Source: Salpingoeca rosetta
Taxonomy: Eukaryota > Protista > Choanoflagellata
Direction: 5' to 3'
DNA: 64,000 nucleotides
NCBI GenBank assembly: GCA_033442325.1
Contig: JAWQFM010000022.1
Span: 712,746 to 776,745 of the forward strand
Shown here: in pieces, positions 1 to 12,397 of the stretch
How the letters are laid out: every line of letters begins with the position of its first letter
Position numbering within the stretch: position 1 is the stretch's first letter
Notes under the pieces: generated by a model
Seen by the model: the letters and a program-made list of their open reading frames with translations, nothing else
Told to the model about the DNA's origin: nothing
Databases searched by the model: none
Made by a program: the position numbers and the translations under genes

Positions 1-942
1 CAGCCATTGGAGCAGTCGTCGTTGTTTCGTTTGTTTGGGTTGTTGAAGAATTGATGAAATTTTCCACCTATTTTCTTCATTTCAGTCGAGGACTGAAGTC
101 AGTCTCGCGCTCTCATGGGCGGTGGTTGGTGAACGAAAGCGACAACGCTTGTCGTGGGCACTAAAAGGCCACCCTGAGGTCTGCTACAACCCGCCACAAA
201 AAAACAAACACAACAACAAAACAAAACACCAATCAAACCATTGGAGGTGAGCATGATGAGAGGATGAATGTGGAGGGGTGGAGGGAACAGGACATGCTGC
301 GAACGTGGGTGGGCATGCACGAATGCACATCCTCACAACGAACATGGTCAAGAAAGATGGGACCAAGGGACAAAGAATGCACGTGCGAACAAGCACACCA
401 AACGAATGCACGTTACATCATACACACAGGAATGTGCATACGCACATACGCAGGCGTACATACACACATACGCAGGCGTACATACACACATATGCAGTCA
501 TATATGCACATACGCGAACACAACAACACCCCCGGACAGCCCATGTTTCAAAACGCGCACACGGACGACGTTTGACGTACGCATGTCAAAGCTCTCCAGT
601 TGCTGGAGAAGCGCGTCCAGCTCTGCATATCAAACCAACACAACACCCCACCGTGAGTTGGCAGCATGCAAAGAGAGTGTGGCGGCAGCAGCATGGGCAC
701 GAAACAATCGTGGGCAGCGGCATGACAGTCAACCCCACAGCACAGCAGCACGACCACCAAGCACTACACATGCACACACACCAGCGTCCTCAGCGTCAGC
801 CATTGGAGCAGTCGTCGTTGTTTCGTTTGTTTGGGTTGTTGAAGAATTGATGAAATTTTCCACCTATTTTCTTCATTTCAGTCGAGGACTGAAGTCAGTC
901 TCGCGCTCTCATGGGCGGTGGTTGGTGAACGAAAGCGACAAC
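1..942 (+). repeat. Direct repeat: 1-146 identical to 797-942
   Basis: cagccattggagcagtcgtc...gaaagcgacaac occurs at both positions. The left copy is cut by the window edge. Confidence 0.95.
147..803 (-). CDS. 5' fragment of a protein with an N-terminal LD motif (paxillin-like LDxLLxxL), truncated by a duplication junction
   Basis: ATG at 803. Exon 803-782 (MADAEDA, GTGTGT donor), exon 622-581 (ELDALLQQLESFDM, CAG acceptor, GTACGT donor) and probable exon 161-147 (LPTTS). A second copy of the same ATG context is at positions 7-1, running out of the window. Confidence 0.55.
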
Positions 943-960
943 ACCTACAAGCAAGCAAGA

Positions 961-3942
961 ATGAGCGACAGCAAAGGCACCACCACCACTGCCACTGCCA
1001 CGACGGCAGCACATGGGCACGGGTCCAACGGGCAGGAACCCTTTTCACAGCAACAACCACAACAGCTGTACCAGCAGCAACAGCAGGAACAATCACAACA
1101 ACAATCACAGCAGCCGCAACAGCCGCACCAGCAGTCACAGCAGTTTGCAAGCGACGAAGATGAGTTTGAGACGCACACGTTTCCAAACGCCAGCTTTCGG
1201 TTGGAAAAGCGGTTCAGACCAGACAAGATTGTCGGGTATGGCGCGTACGGCGTGGTGTGTGCTGCAACAGACACGGTGAGCCAGCGCCGCGTAGCCATAA
1301 AGAAGATCTCATCCGCATTCAAACTGCCGGAGATGACAAAGCGCACGCTGCGCGAGCTGCGGTTCCTGCGCCACTTCCACTCCCACAAGAACATCATCTC
1401 CGTCCTCACCATCGCCAAGCCGCCATCGGACCTGAGCCGCTTCAACGACATCTACGTCGTCATGGAGCTGCAGGAAACAAACCTGCATCGCATCATTCAC
1501 TCGAAGCAGCCGCTCTCCGAGGAGCACGTGCGCTACTTCATGTTCCAGCTTCTCAGCGGGCTGCAGTACATCCACGCTGCCAGCGTGCTGCACCGCGACA
1601 TCAAGCCAGGCAACCTGCTCATCAACAGCGACTGCTCCCTGAAGATCTGTGACTTTGGCATGGCCCGCGCAATGGCCAGTACCCCGGAGGAGCACGCGGG
1701 GTTCATGACCGCATATGTGGCCACGCGCTGGTACCGCGCACCAGAGGTGATGCTGTCGTTCAACCGGTACACGCAGGCCATCGACGTGTGGTCGGCGGCG
1801 TGTGTGCTGGGCGAGATGCTTGGCCGGCGCTACCTGTTCCCGGGCCAGGACTACATCCACCAGCTCGTGCTCATCCTCACGCTGCTGGGATCGCCATCTG
1901 CTGAGCTGAAACGGCGCATTGGTAGTGAGCTTGCACGGCGCTATCTTGACACCCTGCCACACCTTGACCCCGTCCCGCTTCGCCAAGTCTACAGAGACGC
2001 CAGGTGTGTGTGTGTGTGTGTGACGTGTGTGTGTGTGTTTATGTGTGTATGTGTGCATGTGTATGACGTGTGTATGTGTGCATGTGTGTGTGTGTGTACT
2101 TGTGTGTATGTGTTTTTGTGTGTACTTGTGTGTATGTGTTTTTGTGTGACACATGCATGTGTTGCGTTTAGATTCTGTGCGTGTGTGACGTGTGCCATGC
2201 ACAAAGCCTCATCCAGCCTGCAACCCCCGTGCCTTCCATTCCCTTGCCCCCGCCCCCAAACACCTGCCGTCGACAGTGACACCGTGCTTGATCTGCTGAG
2301 CAAGATGCTTCAGTTTGACCCCGCCCAGCGCTGCACCGTATCCGATGCCCTGCACCACCCGTTCTTCGCCAAATACCACAGCCAGATCCCATCGGCACCG
2401 CCGTCCGTGCCCGCCTTTGACTTTGAATACGAGGTGCGCGCGCGCGTGTGTGATTGTGTGATTTGTGTGATTTGTGTGATTGTGAGTAGCTGTGCATGCA
2501 TGTATGATTGTGTGCTTGTGTGATTTTGTGACTTTGATTGTGAGTATCTGTGTGTGTGTGTGTTGTTGTTGTTGGCTGCCTGTAACCCCTGCCTGTCTGC
2601 CATCTGTACCCGAGAAACGAACACTCGCACACGTGCATTTCAACTTGTGTCACCACGTGCAGAATCGTGCGACGACGGCTGCGGAGCTGAAGGACATGAT
2701 TGTGCAGGAGGTGATGCTGTACCACACACCAGGCACACCGGTATGACCGCTTCTGCTCATATTCACTCACATGATCGCCCTGACTTTGCATTTGTCCTCC
2801 GGCACGTTGCCTGGCATACACACTGTCCGTCGCACGCTGTTTGTTCTACGCCAACACATGGCCTCACCTGAACACGCCTTCGCTGCGGCCACAGGCATAC
2901 ATGAATGCCCAATTTGCTCTCGCGAAACGCACTGTCGTCCGCAGACCATCCAACCCGCCAACAGCAGCAGCAGCAGCATCATCGTCATCATCGTCGTCTC
3001 AAACCGGAAACACGCGAGCACCCGCAGCAGCGGCACCAGCAACAACGGAGAAAGCACCACGTGAGCATGGCGCAGCAAGTACCCGCAAACGCGAGGCATC
3101 ATCAACAATACCAGTAACAGGCGGGAGTGACGCGAGTAATGGTGGTGGTGCTGCAAGCCATGCAGGTGATGGCACACATGGTGGTGGTGGTGGTGGCGGC
3201 GGTGGTGGTGTACGCAGGAGCAGCGAGTCTGCCCACGAGCGGTTGAAGGCGATGTTGCGCAGCCGGCGGTCAGCGAGCAAAGAGCAGTCCCCACATGGGG
3301 TGGCAGCAGCAACAACAAGTGCAGTGATGACGGCGCTGTCGGGTGCGACGAAGACAACAAAGGCTTCAACGAAGAAAACAGGTGGCCGTGGCCTCGCTGC
3401 ACTTCAACAGCACGCAAGACAACAACAACAGCAGCATGATGTGGTGGGGTCTTCGGTATCCGGGGTAGGCGGCATTCAGGGCGCAGCTGCCAAGCGAACA
3501 GCGGCTGAGCGAAGCAATGAGCCTGCTCCAACACCGGCAACTGCGAGAACAGCAGCAACTGCGAGAACAGCAGCAGCAGGAGGAGGAGGAGGTGAGTATG
3601 GCACTGGTGCAGCTGTGATGGTTGGTGGTGACAGTGTTTCCACGACAACTGCAGTCCCAACAACGACAACAGCAGCAGCAACAGCAACAACAACAAGCGG
3701 GTCAGCCCCAACAACCACCGCAACTGTCACGACAACGGCGCCAGGGGTGGCATCGGCGGGAGACGTGGGTGGAGGCGACGAGCAGCCGCCGAAACGGAAG
3801 AAGCGCAAGGGCCGGCGACCGCTGAACAAAGCGTTGCACCCCGATCCAACGCCAGAGACACGCGCGTCTCTCGCAGAGTTTCGCCGTTACTTCCAGCGCG
3901 GCATGGTGTGTGCGTATGCGTTTGTGTGTGTGTGTGTGTGTA

Positions 3943-3973
<31 letters not shown>

Positions 3974-4386
3974 TTGTGTGTGTGTTTGTAAGCATGTGTG
4001 TGTGTTTGTTTGTAAGCATGTGTGTGTATGTGTGTATATGTGTGTATGTGTATATTTCGTGTATCGTGTATCCTGTCTCCTGTTGTGCATGGTGGGCTTG
4101 TCGGTTTGGTTTGTGGCCTGGACTCTGTGTGTGATATGCATGAGCCGCGTTACTTGACGCTCTCTCATCCTCATGCTGTCATCCTTCTGTTGTTGCGCTT
4201 CGATCCATATGCAGCAACAACCTCAACAACCCCAACAACAGCTGCTGCTGCAGCCAACACAGCCGCTGGTGTCACAATATGCACAGTTGTCTTCTGTCAA
4301 CGCCGTCACATCAACCGCCCCAGCAACAACAGCTGCTGCTGTTGTTGATGTGCTGACAACCGCGCGCCCAACAATGCCCGTGTACC

Positions 4387-4474
<88 letters not shown>

Positions 4475-4628
4475 GTCACCCATGCTGCCGTCATTCCCGC
4501 TGCCGATACCATTGCACCAGCATCAACAGCAGCACCTGCGCGGCACCAATTCGCCCACCACACGCTTCAGCCCCCTCTTCGACCCTGGAGGTGCGATTGC
4601 GCAGTCACTCCTGTGTTGTGATTTGTAA
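961..4628 (+). CDS. MAPK7: Mitogen-activated protein kinase, ERK5 (MAPK7)/Slt2-like, with a long low-complexity C-terminal tail
   Basis: Kinase motifs GYGAYGVV, VAIKKI, KRTLRELRFLRHF, HRDIKPGNLL, DFG and FMTAYVATRWYRAPEVMLSF. Exons approx 961-2003, 2277-2433, 2663-2740, 2895-3905 and 4215-4590/4628 join in phase. The 3' end may continue into the gap through a GTGCGA donor at 4591. Confidence 0.85.
4388..4475 (+). repeat. (CAA)n polyglutamine tract in the MAPK tail
   Basis: About 29 CAA/CAG codons. Confidence 0.9.
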
Positions 4629-4659
4629 TTCGTGCGAGCGGTGTCTGCCTGTGTGTGTG

Positions 4660-4734
<75 letters not shown>

Positions 4735-4762
4735 CCCTGTGTGCTCGCAATCTAGCTGCGCA

Positions 4763-5632
4763 NNNNNNNNNNNNNNNNNNNNNNNNNNNNNNNNNNNNNN
4801 NNNNNNNNNNNNNNNNNNNNNNNNNNNNNNNNNNNNNNNNNNNNNNNNNNNNNNNNNNNNNNNNNNNNNNNNNNNNNNNNNNNNNNNNNNNNNNNNNNNN
4901 NNNNNNNNNNNNNNNNNNNNNNNNNNNNNNNNNNNNNNNNNNNNNNNNNNNNNNNNNNNNNNNNNNNNNNNNNNNNNNNNNNNNNNNNNNNNNNNNNNNN
5001 NNNNNNNNNNNNNNNNNNNNNNNNNNNNNNNNNNNNNNNNNNNNNNNNNNNNNNNNNNNNNNNNNNNNNNNNNNNNNNNNNNNNNNNNNNNNNNNNNNNN
5101 NNNNNNNNNNNNNNNNNNNNNNNNNNNNNNNNNNNNNNNNNNNNNNNNNNNNNNNNNNNNNNNNNNNNNNNNNNNNNNNNNNNNNNNNNNNNNNNNNNNN
5201 NNNNNNNNNNNNNNNNNNNNNNNNNNNNNNNNNNNNNNNNNNNNNNNNNNNNNNNNNNNNNNNNNNNNNNNNNNNNNNNNNNNNNNNNNNNNNNNNNNNN
5301 NNNNNNNNNNNNNNNNNNNNNNNNNNNNNNNNNNNNNNNNNNNNNNNNNNNNNNNNNNNNNNNNNNNNNNNNNNNNNNNNNNNNNNNNNNNNNNNNNNNN
5401 NNNNNNNNNNNNNNNNNNNNNNNNNNNNNNNNNNNNNNNNNNNNNNNNNNNNNNNNNNNNNNNNNNNNNNNNNNNNNNNNNNNNNNNNNNNNNNNNNNNN
5501 NNNNNNNNNNNNNNNNNNNNNNNNNNNNNNNNNNNNNNNNNNNNNNNNNNNNNNNNNNNNNNNNNNNNNNNNNNNNNNNNNNNNNNNNNNNNNNNNNNNN
5601 NNNNNNNNNNNNNNNNNNNNNNNNNNNNNNNN
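4763..5632. other. Assembly gap (N run)
   Basis: N characters, with (TG)n on the left and (CA)n on the right. Confidence 1.
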
Positions 5633-5690
<58 letters not shown>

Positions 5691-5707
5691 CACAACACAC
5701 ACACACC

Positions 5708-7218
5708 GTTGCGCTTGAGTTGGCAGGACCGCCAAAGTCAAAGGTAAAGGCCACGGGTTTCTGTTGTTGCAATGACGGGCACCAGCCAATGCCATACCGG
5801 TTAGAGCGCGATTGAGAGATGCGTTTTGGTTAAGGTGGAGTTGGGATCGAGGTAAACGTTCCGCGTACAGAAAACAACAAGCAGCATTGTGCGCACAAAC
5901 GGTCGAAGACAAACCATCAACAGCAAGTGTGTGTGTGCGTGTGTGTAAACGGTTGCCTTTGAATCTGCAGATGCACACACACGCGCGCGCGCGCGCACAC
6001 ACACACACTCATGTGAACAGCTGTGCTTCTTCACCTTGACTGTTTGCCGCTGCACTGCCGTCTCCTGCACCGTACGCAGGGGCTCTGTGTACACATGCGC
6101 ACACGCGCACACGCAAGTGAGGCGAAGTTGTACATGAGAACTCACGTGCTGCAGATGATGACTCGCTTGAACAAAGCAACGCACATGGCGCAGGCTATTA
6201 CACACAAACATGCATCCACACAAAACACGCAGGTACACGGACACGCACACACGATGTGTTCGCAGTGCGCACCTCGTGGGGAGCCGATTGCGGTTGCAAA
6301 CGGAGGAATGTTCGTCGTGGCCTTTCCCCATGCCTTGCGGCGAGTGTCAAGCTTCGGCTAAAGTGAAGAAATGTGGTGCGAGAATGACACGATCACACAT
6401 GGGGGTCAAATGGCATGCAAGAGACAACCCGAAAGCGTCACACTCCCATGCAGCCAAACAGCCTCTCAGACACACAGCTGGTCTACACAAGCTGCTGGTC
6501 ATGCCACACAAACACACACGCACGCAAGCTTTTGCGGATATGCATGTGCACATGCGCGTGTACGCATGTGCACATATACACGCACCTCTGGTGCATCCAA
6601 CTCTGCCTTCTTCGTGGCCGGTGCTGCGTTGATGAAGTTTGTTGTCTCGAGGAAGTTGCTCGAGCGGAGATGGGGTGGCAGCGCAGCCTGCAGGAAAACA
6701 ACAGGAGTGTGAAACAGAGTGCGAGACAGACAGATGTAAGGGTGGACGTTGGTGTTATCACCAACATGGGATGAGAATGCCACAGTGTGACATACAAGAC
6801 ACGACACACACGCACACACGCGCGCGCACACACACACACACATACACACGCACATACATATACACACACTCGGATACACACACTCACCCATACCCATGCT
6901 CACACATATGAAAGCGCACAATTGCACACGAGCGAAGCATGCAAAGAGCAGGTATGTGCATGGGTGCTCGTGGAAGTCTCACGTTACGGCGCTTGAGTTC
7001 TTCAATTCGGCTGTCATCTGTCGGCTTGTAATAGTCCTTGCTTTGTGTCTGCTCCGCCCACGCCTGGCGGTGGTGCCGGGGGCCGGGCATGCGAGCCTCT
7101 TGTTGCTGTGGCGGCCGTGATTGCTGTGCTTGCAGCGGACTTGGCTGTGCGTGCGTGTGTTTGAAAAAGCGTGTAAATTCATATGTGTGTGTGTTTGCAA
7201 GGATACTTGCACAGAACA

Positions 7219-7255
<37 letters not shown>

Positions 7256-10027
7256 ACAAAGGGTCGCACAAAACAAGTGTGTGCGTCCTGACAGCATCAA
7301 AGTGGAAGGGCGGCAAGTGCATGACCCAAGCAGGTCTTCGAAGCAACCAAGACATCACGAATTGCATATACTTGACCGAAATTACCTGATGCTGTGCAGC
7401 AAGCTCACGGCGCATGTTCATGCTTGACTTTGGCGTGCTGACCTGGGCAACCGGCGTCTACATTGAACACAACCACCCGTGACACACATGTATGTGGTTT
7501 GCTGCTGAGTGTTCCAGGCCACAATGGCGGTTGCACAGACAAGACAAACCTAGTACACACCGCTGCGCTCGCTATGTTTCGCTCATCATGTCAACTTCGC
7601 ACGCATCTCCCAATTGCATGCGTTTGCATGGCATACGCACGCATTTGCACGTGTGCGCACGTCTGCACCCAATGTTCACGGCTCACATAGCTTACCGTGG
7701 CGGGAGATGCGTTGCGGCTTGCTTGTTTGAGCATCTCGGTCTTGCGCACCTCCACCTGCGTCTCGTGCTTGAGGCGTTCAATCAGACGGTTGTAATCGCG
7801 CAGCAGCAGCGTGTTCTGCTTCTTCTTTCGCGCCAATTCCTCCTGCGCGTCTGCCAGCTGCTGTTTGAGGTGGAACACCTGTGCCTGCGCTTCTTCCACG
7901 GCCTGACTGTTCTGTGAAGTGCTGTCTTGCTGCGCTTTGAGCTGGCTGCGCAGCTGGGCGTTTTCCCGCTCCGCCGCAGACACGCGCGCGCGCATGCGTG
8001 ACTGCTCAGACTGCAGGTCCTCCAGCTGCGCGCGTGTTGCTGCCAGTCGCTGCGACAGCGCATGCATCTCATCCGACTTTGCGGCGTTGTCGCTCGTGAG
8101 CGCCTCCACTTGATCCTCCAACTCCCGCACGCGTCCCGTAGAGCTCACCGCCTGTATCATGCGTCAGATGTGCGTACATGTGCCAATGTATGTGTCCATG
8201 CATGAGTCAGATGTGTGTTTCGGACAGGTACAGTCTGCGTGAGCACACCACAGAAGTGTGGTGGGGAGCACATGAGCACACACACACATCCAAACACATA
8301 CACGTACACACATACATACACACACACACACATCCAAACACATACACACACGCACGCACACACAAACACACGTACACACAGTAATTCCCAAAGTACAAGG
8401 GACACCTCCACTTGTGGCACACCTTCATCTGGTGCTGAGAGCAAGCGGATTTGTACTGCTCGCACGATTCCTGCAACTCGGAGATGGCTTGCTTCATTTC
8501 GTACTCCTTCACCTCAAACTCCTGTGACATCTGCAGCAGCCTATGGCACACAGCGAACCATGTGACACGCCAGCATACAACACGCGTGAGAAAAAACGGC
8601 TTTGTGCATCATGTGTGGTTATGTTGTGTTTGTGTGCGTGATTATGTTCTGCGTCAATATGCCAAATTGTATGCCGTGTGTGTGTGTGTGTGTGGATTTG
8701 TGAAGTGTGGCCGTGCGAGTGAATACGTCCTTCACTCCATCAGAACCAAAGATATGCGTTGCAAGTACCTGTCTCGCTCCTGCGACATGGAGGACACTTC
8801 TGCTCGCAGCTCGTTCAGGCTTGTGCGCAGACGCGCGTTGTCTGCCTCAAGTTCGGCTGCGTCGCTCTGCTTGGTCATGGCCTCCTGGCTCACTTGCTTC
8901 TGCACCACCGCCAGCTCTGCCTTGAGGGACTTCACCTGCGCCTCTGCATTCTCTGCCGCGTTTCTCTGGCCAAGCAAACACAAGAAACCGGTGTGTGCAT
9001 GCATGGATGTGTGAAAGGTGAGCATGTCAATTTGACACTGACAAGTTGCAAAAACCACAAATCGTGGTATCAGCGTTTTCACAGCTGCGTACACACAGCC
9101 GCACACACAAACAAACAAACAAACAAACAAACAAACAAACAAACAAACAAACAAACAAACAAACAAACAAACAAACAAACAAACAAACAAACAAACAAAC
9201 AAACAAACAAACAAACAAACAAACAAACAAACAAACAAACAAACAAACAAACAAACAAACATGCACACAAAACCTATTTTCAGACACCCATTTACACGTG
9301 GTGCAACTTACCCATGCTGAGAGCTCTCCCTCGAGCTCGCTGACACGTGTGCGGTCCTTCTGCAGCTCAGAGATGCGGCGGCGCGAAGACGACTCCTGGC
9401 ACTCCAACTTCTTCGCCAACACCGCCTTCTCCTCCTGCATGCGGTCACGTGCTTCAAGCGCGTCGCTCAGTTGGCGCTCAACAACACGCAGCTGGTCCAG
9501 CTCCTCGTTGGCGTGCTCCAGCTGCCGCTTCATCCTGACAACACACGCACATACACACATGCAGGCGATGTTGGGATGATCGTAAGCCAGGCGCAATTCA
9601 GTGGGTATGTGTGGATGTGTGCATGGGTATGTGTGTATCCTTTTGTGTGTGTGTGCGCGTGTGTGTGCGTGTGTATATGTATGCATGCGTGCATGCATGA
9701 ATGACAAAACTTTGGGAAAATGGTGCGAATTACTACAGCGTGTTGCACAAACATCTAGAAAGACACAAGCAGCCCCAGTTCAACACCATACCGGTCAAAT
9801 CTTCCGCGCACATCACGCAGCTCGTCGAGTTCCGTCCTGGCGTCCTCCAACTCCGCCTCAAAGCGATCAGCACGCTCAGCCTATTGATGGCGGATTGGTC
9901 GGTGTTCGCAGTGTGTGACGTGAGTTCGTGAGGTGGGGTGACAGTAGGGGTGCAGAATGAAGCAGGCATGGTGCAAGCATGTGTGGCTGATTGTTGACAT
10001 GTGGTGTTGCGTCAAAGCACAAACAGC

Positions 10028-10082
<55 letters not shown>

Positions 10083-10664
10083 CTCATGTCGTGAGCGTCA
10101 TTGCGAAAGCTCACCTTGATTGTGAGTGCTGCCACTTGCGCACTCCTCTCCTTCAGTTCTTCTTGAAGCTCATGCAGCTCTGCAACCAACCAAAAAAAAA
10201 AAAAAAAAAGACACCGGCAGATGTCAGCCACGTGAGGAATACCGAATACTTTTGAACCTCACGTCACAACTGAGACGAGGGCATTCCATACATGCGTGCA
10301 GAGCTGTACTCGCAACAGTCAAACGCTCACCTTCGCGGAGATCGTCGTTCTCAGTGTTGACGCGCTGTGTGTGGGGCCAACATGCCAGCAGGCAGCAATG
10401 ACAGGTAAACCAAAGTGTCAGCAAGCGGTTCAATTGTACATGCAAAGGCAATTGTTCACAAGTACACGCAAGGCAATGGTTCACAGGACCTCAAGCATCA
10501 CATGGGCACACAATGCATAACCACCTACAAGCGCAACACAACACACCCACACGCACGCGCACGCCACATACCACCCAACACATGCACATGTACACACAAC
10601 ACGCACGCCACACACCACACAACACAAACACACACACACGCACGCACGCACACACACACACACG

Positions 10665-10710
<46 letters not shown>

Positions 10711-11459
10711 CGCACACACCTCGAGGGCGCGCTTTGCGGCCTTTCGTGAGGAGATTGGTGTGTGGAGCAGGCGGTGCTGGTGGGGCGTGCGGAGCAGGCG
10801 GTGCTGGTGGGGCGTGCGCACCATGCAGCGCGAAGGCGGACGCATGCTGCCAACACGTGACGTGGGTGTTTGCGGCGTCTGTGGCCGACCGGGCATGCTC
10901 ATGCTCATGCTCATGCTGAGGGGGTCGCTGTGGCTGGCGTGGCTGTGGGCACTGGGTGACGCCGGTGACTGTTGGTCTGGTGACTCAGCGCCCATCTCTG
11001 GAGTGAGCAGCGATGCAGCGAGCTCACGAAGACTTTCGAGATGCTGCACGTGCTCGTCAGACATGTCTTGCAGCGCACTGAACAGTACAAGCAGGCACAT
11101 GGCAATGTGGTGATGTGAGGATGTGAGGGTGTTGGGTGTGTGTTGGTGTGTTTACTGCGCAAAGTCTGCGCAAATACGAAGCGAGAGAGAGAGAGAGTGT
11201 GTGTGTGTGTGCGTGAGTGTGTGTGTGTGTGTGCTCGGATTAAACACAGTGCTAACTCACTCATAGTATTTGATAGGCGCCTTCTCGTCGAGGGAGGCCA
11301 GGGTGAGGAGAGCAATCATCTGTAAAGCCAAAGTAACGGCAACAGCATAGAGGTGTCGGAGGGAAGGAGAGACGTGAGTGTAAGTGAGAGCGCATGCATG
11401 CGCCAGTTCATGCATGTGCACAAGCACCGACCACTGTGTGCGTTCACGCAAGGACAATT

Positions 11460-11517
<58 letters not shown>

Positions 11518-12397
11518 ACACACACGCAAATACCATAAATCCAACAAAACTTACGCACACACACACGCACAGGCTAACACAGCACCTTGATGATTTCTGC
11601 AGCGTTTCCTTGCTCAATTTGGTCTGTGTGAATGTGACCTCCAAGTCGCATTTCAAAGCATGCCTCCAGAATGGCCAAGACGGTCTTGCAGCTGCTCTCG
11701 CGCTGAGGCACAGGTGACTTCCAGCAGCTGAATGGCAGAGCAAGGAAGAAGGTTTGTGTGTGTGCGTGTGTGTGAAGGGGCGACGCTTGGCCACACATGT
11801 GAGTGGGTCGAATTAACTTGGGCGCATAAAACACTCATCGAGAGCCGCACGCATCTTGCACACAGAAGCGCAGCGCCAAATACAACCACAACCACAACCA
11901 CAACCACAACCACAACCACAACCACAACCACAACCACAACCACAACCACAACCACAACCACAAATACAATCACAAATACAATCACAAATACAATCACAAA
12001 TACAACCACAACCACAACCACAACCACAACCACAAATACAATCACAACCACGACCACACATAAACAAAACAAACACGGCTATTGCCACTCACATGGTGCG
12101 GGCCTCTTCCTCAAGGATCTTGCAGTCTGCAAGCGCAGTGAGGCTGCTGATCTCCTTGCCAGAGATCTTTGTCAGCTGCAGTATGGTTCATGATTAGTTT
12201 GTTGGTCGTGCCGTGTTGTGTTTGTAGTGAGAGGGCAGGAGCGTGGCTATGGTTCGCACGTGGTTGTTGCTGGAGACAGTCTGTACCGACACAGTGGCAT
12301 CTGGAGATGTTGCTATTGCGACGGCGCTGGTCACGCATCGATGCTCTTAGCATCGTGTGCTTACCCAGTCGATGAGGCAGGTGGTCATCTGCTCCAT
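5708..12397 (-). CDS. NuMA/Mud/LIN-5-like protein: HOOK-type CH head, coiled coil and NLM motif; 3' end lies in the gap
   Basis: Head exons: 12397-12365 [11 protein letters not shown]; ~12177-12092 [28 protein letters not shown]; ~11723-11587 ...[14 protein letters not shown]; ~11319-11261 [19 protein letters not shown]; ~11077-10720 SP/TP-rich. Coiled-coil exons lie between ~10360 and 7696. Tail exons: 7144-6983 ...[12 protein letters not shown] joined in phase 0 to 6687-6586 [14 protein letters not shown]...; 6064-6035; 5760-5708 KPVAFTFDF. Confidence 0.75.
9108..9260. repeat. (CAAA)n tetranucleotide microsatellite, intronic
   Basis: About 38 perfect units. Confidence 0.95.
11463..11515. 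repeat. (GA)n microsatellite, intronic
   Basis: Seen directly. Confidence 0.95.
11883..12056. repeat. (CAACCA)n/(CAAATACAATCA)n hexamer satellite, intronic
   Basis: Seen directly. Confidence 0.9.

Noticed and set aside
268-960. N-terminal 231 aa of the 751-aa ORF preceding the MAPK
   Set aside because: It overlaps introns and exons of the minus-strand LD-motif gene and the duplicated promoter. The ATG at 961 is the more plausible start.
4523-4650. Possible last exon of the NuMA-like gene overlapping the MAPK end in antisense (...PPGSKRGLKR...)
   Set aside because: The intervening gap could hold both 3' ends, and nothing supports the overlap.
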